DNA of 64,000 nucleotides from Verrucomicrobiota bacterium (GTDB lineage Bacteria; Chlamydiota; Chlamydiia; Chlamydiales; SM23-39): NCBI GenBank assembly GCA_018968815.1, contig JAGWZL010000007.1, positions 8,273 to 72,272 of the forward strand, read 5' to 3'. Shown piece by piece: positions 59,084 to 64,000 of this stretch (position 1 is its first letter; each line of letters starts with the position of its first letter). The notes under the pieces were generated by a model. It saw only the letters and a program-made list of their open reading frames with translations, ran no database searches and was not told where the DNA came from. The position numbers and the translations under genes were made by a program.

Positions 59084-61090
59084 CTATTTCAAAAGTTCGT
59101 CTTTCAGGGAATCCGGATCACAATAACATCGGTCGAGTCTATCCTTTGCTACATTCACGGCCACCATAAGGCGCTTGGAAGTCGCAGTACCCTGTAGATC
59201 TGGATGCCACTGCCGCTGCAAATGTCTACTCTGACGTTTGACCCCTTGGCAGTATTGTTCTGTCCCTGGAGTTAACTGATCCACGCCGAAGAGAGCTGCA
59301 GCATGGGCAGGTTTGTTCGGATCCAGAGTATTTTCTAAGATACACGCCTTGAGTTCTGCCTCGGTGCGCCCTGTAGAGAGCACCCCTGACTTACAGTTCG
59401 GGGCGGGACTTAAATCACGACAGGCGCGTAGATCGCGCTGGCGGCGCTGTTCTGCTTGTTCCTTGAAGATCTTTTCTTCTTGGCGTATGTCTTCTTGACG
59501 CTGCCTTGCAGCCTCGCGTTTCGCTTGCTCCTCATAATGATAAGAGCTGCGTTGTCCTGTGTTGCTGCGTTGTCCTGTGTTGCGGCCTTGCCAAAACTCT
59601 TGCCAGTTCTGTTCAAAATTGCCCTCTTTCCCGCCGTATTTTTGCCAAAACGCTTCCCACTCTGAATTGCAATTTCCGGTTTTCTTGTGGTCGTCCCATG
59701 CCCGAGCGAACTGTGCATAAGATCTTTGTTTGGCGTCGTACCCGTACCACTCGTTGTAGCGAGCGTTGTTGGACTCCCGCGCATACTGAGCTTGGATTCT
59801 GTCAAACCCCTCTTCCACATATTTCCAATCGAAGATGATCTGTGAACCATTCAAGAGATGCACCAACATGTTTCTGAGCGGCCGATAGGTTTCGTTCGGC
59901 AACTGCTGCATAGACGTTTTGAGGCCTGCCAGGGATTGGGTGGCAACTCTGTATGTTTTATGCGCAAAAATAGGTAGATTTGTCAACCAACAAGCAGCGA
60001 GTAGAGGCGTAGTTGCGCTGTAACCGAGCCAGTAGCCTACCACACCAGCCGCATTGCATAACCCATTGACTTTAATACAGGTATTTAAAAGACGTTTCCC
60101 CCCGCGCTTCAAGAATGAATCATTGGGTGTAATGGCAACCTGGTTGCGTGGATTAGCGAGATAAAGGGCCCGATTCAGCTGATTGAGCAGAGTGAATCCA
60201 GGAAAGTATGTCGTCACACCATATTGACCGGCGGTCATCAATGCTTGGAGCCAGTCCATGCGAGTTAAATGCAGAGCATCTTTGCTGTACCCTCTTTCTC
60301 GTAAAAGGAACGCAAAGTGAGCTAAGGGAGAAAGGTTGTAGGCATTGCGTTTATCAGGATCCGCGCCCCGTTGCAATAACAGAGTCGCTGTATCGGTGTT
60401 TGCATGCATCATCGCATAATGCAGCGGCGTCGATCCCTGATCATTTTCTGCGTCGATCGGACAGCCTTGTTTCACAAGATATTCGACCGCTCGAGTTTGA
60501 TTTTTCATAGCCGCACAATGCAGAACCGTTTGTCCTGATCGGGTCACAACGTTTTTGTCCGCGCCGAGCTCGATTAAAGCGTCAAGGACCTCGACTTGTC
60601 CGTTCAAAGCCGCACAATGCAATAGCGTTAAACCTGTTACTGGATCAGGACGGTTGAGGGCTGTCTCCGGGAGACTCTTCAATGTTCCATTGTAGGCGTC
60701 TAAATAAATGCCCGATAATTCTGATGCATAATTTTTGGTAATTTGCGCATGCGCCTCTTCCAATCCTTGGATTTGCAATCGACTAAACACGCCCGAGAAA
60801 AATTCTAAAATCTTTGTGGCCAGATCGCCAAACTTAGAGCGGAGCAGCGCCCCGAGAGATTCCAAGCGCGTCGATGTCCGAGAAGCAATGACTGCATGAT
60901 CCCAAGGCGTGAGGCCTCTAGAATCTGGCGTCGCCAAATCGGCTGTTGGATGTTGCTTAAGCAGGGCTTCGAGAGCCGCTTTCTGGCCGCGGTGCGCCGC
61001 CTTTCCAAGCGATTCTGCGACTTTTGTATCAGTAGGCTGCGCTGGCACATAGGCAGTGTGCACCTTAGGTTGAGTTAATGTAATTCCCAT
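59084..61090 (-). CDS. Ankyrin-repeat protein with hydrophobic segment, coiled coil and C-terminal J-domain
   Basis: GLTLLHCAA, GQTVLHCAA and GSTPLHYA repeats; VKRQSRHLQRQWHPDL...VNVAKDRL. Confidence 0.85.
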   Translation of the reverse strand: MGITLTQPKVHTAYVPAQPTDTKVAESLGKAAHRGQKAALEALLKQHPTADLATPDSRGLTPWDHAVIASRTSTRLESLGALLRSKFGDLATKILEFFSGVFSRLQIQGLEEAHAQITKNYASELSGIYLDAYNGTLKSLPETALNRPDPVTGLTLLHCAALNGQVEVLDALIELGADKNVVTRSGQTVLHCAAMKNQTRAVEYLVKQGCPIDAENDQGSTPLHYAMMHANTDTATLLLQRGADPDKRNAYNLSPLAHFAFLLRERGYSKDALHLTRMDWLQALMTAGQYGVTTYFPGFTLLNQLNRALYLANPRNQVAITPNDSFLKRGGKRLLNTCIKVNGLCNAAGVVGYWLGYSATTPLLAACWLTNLPIFAHKTYRVATQSLAGLKTSMQQLPNETYRPLRNMLVHLLNGSQIIFDWKYVEEGFDRIQAQYARESNNARYNEWYGYDAKQRSYAQFARAWDDHKKTGNCNSEWEAFWQKYGGKEGNFEQNWQEFWQGRNTGQRSNTGQRSSYHYEEQAKREAARQRQEDIRQEEKIFKEQAEQRRQRDLRACRDLSPAPNCKSGVLSTGRTEAELKACILENTLDPNKPAHAAALFGVDQLTPGTEQYCQGVKRQSRHLQRQWHPDLQGTATSKRLMVAVNVAKDRLDRCYCDPDSLKDELLK

Positions 61091-61217
61091 AAAAATTCCA
61101 ATTAATTTAGATAGATTATACCAAAAACATGCATTAGTTTGAATAAATAAAATAATGATTTACAAAGTATATATTGAATTTTTAATTATACATCTGAACG
61201 GAGAGCCCCCACTCTTT

Positions 61218-61306
61218 GAACCCATCCAAGGAAAAAGTTTCAATCGATGTTTCGGTTCTTTTGAGCCACAAAATCGACAGAAGGCCTTGTCAACGACAGC
61301 CTCTTA
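61218..61306. repeat. Partial copy of the family B element
   Basis: 61218-61265 matches the reverse complement of the 27802-27849 arm at 40/48; ends GACAGCCTCTTA at the neighbouring stop codon. Confidence 0.7.
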
Positions 61307-62952
61307 CTCACTCTGAGAACAAAAACAGTCGCGAAGTGTATCTCGGGCGCCATTCACAGCCTTCATTAACGACGCAGATTTATCCGGATGTAAGTCTTTA
61401 TGCCATTGTCGCGTGAAAAATCTAAATTTGTTCCTCACTGATCGACAAAACCCTGGATCTTCATGCTTCAAGCCAAAGAGATATTCAGCATGAGCAGCCT
61501 TGCGGGGATCGAGACGTTCATCCAGAATACACTGCTCTAGTTCTTCCGGTGTTTGCCCTGAACAGGGAGGTGGCTCTCGAGTCGTATCGCACGATGTCTG
61601 ATCCCTGCTATTTCCAGATCCATGACTGCCATCATCTCCAGACCTATTCCAGAACGGGGTAACGAGGAACACGAACTTCGAGCTATTCACGAGATGAACA
61701 ACCATGTTTCGTAAAGGGCGGTAGGTTTCATAAGGCAATTGCTTCGCAGCATTTTTGATGCCTACAAAAGCATCCCTTCCAATCGAATAGAGTTTATGGG
61801 TCGCAGCGGGCACAAATGTCGCTTGATGTAGACGCTGGCAACCCATTATGAGTGGGTTGCTCTCTAAGCACATACCACAGAGTACTCCGATGATACTCAA
61901 GTGATGGATCTGAGTACATCTATTTAGAAATTTCTGTACACGGCCTGGATTCTGAGGATATAGGTAGTAATAACTCCGCGGATTCCACCGATCAGACACA
62001 TCGCAAGCTACCAAAACGAGCAGCCTGAACAGTACTCGCCATATTGCGGGGCCTTCCTCAAGCCCACCAGGCATGTCCAATCCCAAGGCCCCGATCGCGG
62101 ATATGATAACGCTTGGATGCAGCCTTAAAACGTCCCTGTGATCCCCTCTTTCTTTGATACACGCTGCAAATTGAGCTAATGGAGAAAGGTCGTACTTATT
62201 GACTCTATGAGGATCAGCGCCTTGGCGCAATAACTGGAATGCTGCATGGGTCTTTTCATGCATCATCGCATAGTGCAACGGGGTCGATCCCTGCTTATCC
62301 TGCGCATTGATGTCACATCCTTGGCTGAGCAGGTATTCGACTGCTTCCGTTTGATTTTTCAAAGCCGCACAATGCAAAGCGGTTTGCCCGGATGGGGTCA
62401 CAAGATGTGGGTCTGCGCCTTGAGAGAGTAAATATTTAAGAACCTCGATTTGTCCGTTCAAAGCCGCACAATGCAATAGCGTTAAACCTGTGACTGGATC
62501 AGGATCATTAAGGAACTGCTGAGGGACACTCTCCAATTGCCCCCCTTTATAGGCTTCTAAATATGGGCCCGATAAGTCGGATTCATAATTTGTGGCAATC
62601 TGTGCTCCTGCTTCACGCAATCCTTGCAGTTGCAGCTTGCTCAACACCGCCGAGAAACATTCTAAAATCTTTGTCGCCAAATCGCCAAATTTAGCGAGGA
62701 GCAATTCTTTCAAAGAGTCCGCGTTCCGAGATGTCCTGGCAGCGATGACTGCATGATCCCAAACCGTCACGCCTTGAGAATCTGCCGTCGCCAAGTCAGC
62801 CGTTGGGTTGTCCCGAAGCAAAACTTTGAGGGCCTCTATTTGACTGCGGTGCGCCGCCTTTCCAAGCGACTCCACCACCTCTTTTCAACAAGCTGCGATA
62901 CCTGGCATACAGGGGAGTTCGTTACTCCAGCACGAATTGCTACAGTTCCCAT
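61304..62952 (-). CDS. Second ankyrin/J-domain paralogue, with a 1-nt frameshift near its 5' end (pseudogene, recoding or sequence error)
   Basis: Body ORF 61304-62878 is strongly similar to 59084-61090; the homologous ATG at 62952 is out of frame by one base. Confidence 0.75.
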
Positions 62953-63342
62953 AAAAATTAAACCACCACATATTTTAGTTGCTAAATTATAACACAAATA
63001 TACATTTAAACAGAATAATTAAAGAATAGTATACAAACTATTAAGTAAAAATACAATTAATGTATCAACCGGATCACCGACCAGGGTCAAAGCATTATTT
63101 GTAATATGCCAAGCAACGGATGCCTTCATATTTCCTGTTGTTGCGTGCAGAATAGCCATAACTATTACCCCAGAGGGCGCAGCCGGCGCCGAAACAGTTG
63201 TAGCGGGTCCAAAACGGTGACCCCCATGAGGATCGAGGGGGATCGAGCGCCCCCCTATACCGGCATCGGAGCGGCAAAGCTCAAAAAAAGAACCCGAATA
63301 TCAATCATAACATATTAACAACAAGTCACTTACAAAAATAAT

Positions 63343-63369
63343 CCAGCAATCTCAACGAAAGATTGCTAA
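63343..63369. promoter_or_regulatory. CIRCE-like operator 1
   Basis: CCAGCAATC-N9-GATTGCTAA versus consensus TTAGCACTC-N9-GAGTGCTAA. Confidence 0.7.
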
Positions 63370-63375
63370 AAATCC

Positions 63376-63404
63376 TTGCATTGGGCTATGCTTTGAGGTA
63401 TAAT
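63376..63404 (+). promoter_or_regulatory. Sigma66 promoter of the hrcA operon
   Basis: TTGCAT-N17-TATAAT. Confidence 0.8.
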
Positions 63405-63406
63405 GG

Positions 63407-63433
63407 TTAGCAAAAGCATATGAAGAGTGCCAC
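63407..63433. promoter_or_regulatory. CIRCE-like operator 2, overlapping the transcription start and first ATG
   Basis: TTAGCAAAA-N9-GAGTGCCAC. Confidence 0.65.
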
Positions 63434-64000
63434 CCACAAAAAGACCCTACCTGCCAAGAAGCTCCCCAAAACAGACCGGGAGCAGGCGGTCCTGCTTGGC
63501 CTGATCGAGCTCTATGTGAAGACGGGCAAGCCGATTGGATCGCAGACGTTGCAAGAGCATGGATTTGATTCCTTGAGTTCGGCCACGATCCGCAATTACT
63601 TTGCCAAGATGGAGGAGGCGGGCTATTTGAAGCAGCAGCATACCTCTGGCGGAAGGATCCCGACCGAAAAAGCCTTCCGGCTCTATGCCGACGCCCATCT
63701 TCACGATGGGATATTGGAGAAAGCCCAAGAAGAGGCTTTAGAGGAGATCTTTAAAGAGCAGGGGCGTGAAATTGCGACTCTTCTCAACAAGTCGGCCGAT
63801 GTATTGAGTGAGTTGACTAAGTGCGCGGTCTTTGTATCGGCGCCCCGTTTTGATCAAGATTTTATTCAAGACGTGCGGTTAATCCGTTTAGGCGGCGAAA
63901 AAATCCTCGCTGTATTGATCACCGATTTTGGGTTGGTGCGCACGGAGACGGTCTATTTAGAAAAAGAGGTAGACCCGAGTTTTTTACGAACCACGGAAGA
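63420..64000 (+). CDS. hrcA: Heat-inducible transcription repressor, running off the right window edge
   Basis: Read manually: DREQAVLLGLIELYVKTGKPIGS, LSSATIRNYF, HTSGGRIPT. Confidence 0.95.
   Translation, partial: MKSATHKKTLPAKKLPKTDREQAVLLGLIELYVKTGKPIGSQTLQEHGFDSLSSATIRNYFAKMEEAGYLKQQHTSGGRIPTEKAFRLYADAHLHDGILEKAQEEALEEIFKEQGREIATLLNKSADVLSELTKCAVFVSAPRFDQDFIQDVRLIRLGGEKILAVLITDFGLVRTETVYLEKEVDPSFLRTTE

Noticed and set aside
59546-59583. 18-nt tandem duplication (NTGQRS x2)
   Set aside because: Real, but a trivial in-frame slippage in a low-complexity linker.
63095-63277. 60-aa ORF considered as a DGR template/variable region or a retron RNA
   Set aside because: No reverse transcriptase in the window and no second copy with adenine-specific differences.
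204-63728. Many short alternative-frame and antisense ORFs in the track
   Set aside because: They overlap well-supported genes and carry no recognisable motifs.

Overview
This window looks like chromosomal DNA from an environmental member of Chlamydiota. The evidence is gene order that recalls Chlamydia synteny: murC-murG-ftsW-LysM-murD-mraY-murF with a divergent groEL paralogue, dnaX-ybaB-ptsI-ptsH-SMI1-comEC, a fused E1 alpha/beta, serS-VIT1-zntA, and hrcA. Single accessory genes resembling secreted host-manipulating effectors are interleaved with this core: (1) a USP-type (C19) deubiquitinase fused to a degenerate macrodomain; (2) a MACPF/CDC-like, Cys-rich and N-sequon-rich protein followed 3 nt later by a J-domain protein; (3) two ankyrin/hydrophobic-segment/J-domain paralogues divergent from hrcA, one broken by a 1-nt frameshift at an A_AAG site; (4) a class-3 lipase with a beta-propeller, in a small island bounded by a degenerate direct repeat; (5) a TPR-like protein and a half-RING zinc-finger protein. 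Also present are an exported, apparently catalytically dead TreS homologue, two tRNAs, two CIRCE-like operators, and several families of palindromic MITE-like elements, often at stop codons or next to the accessory genes. All domain calls come from motif recognition by eye; no database search was run.
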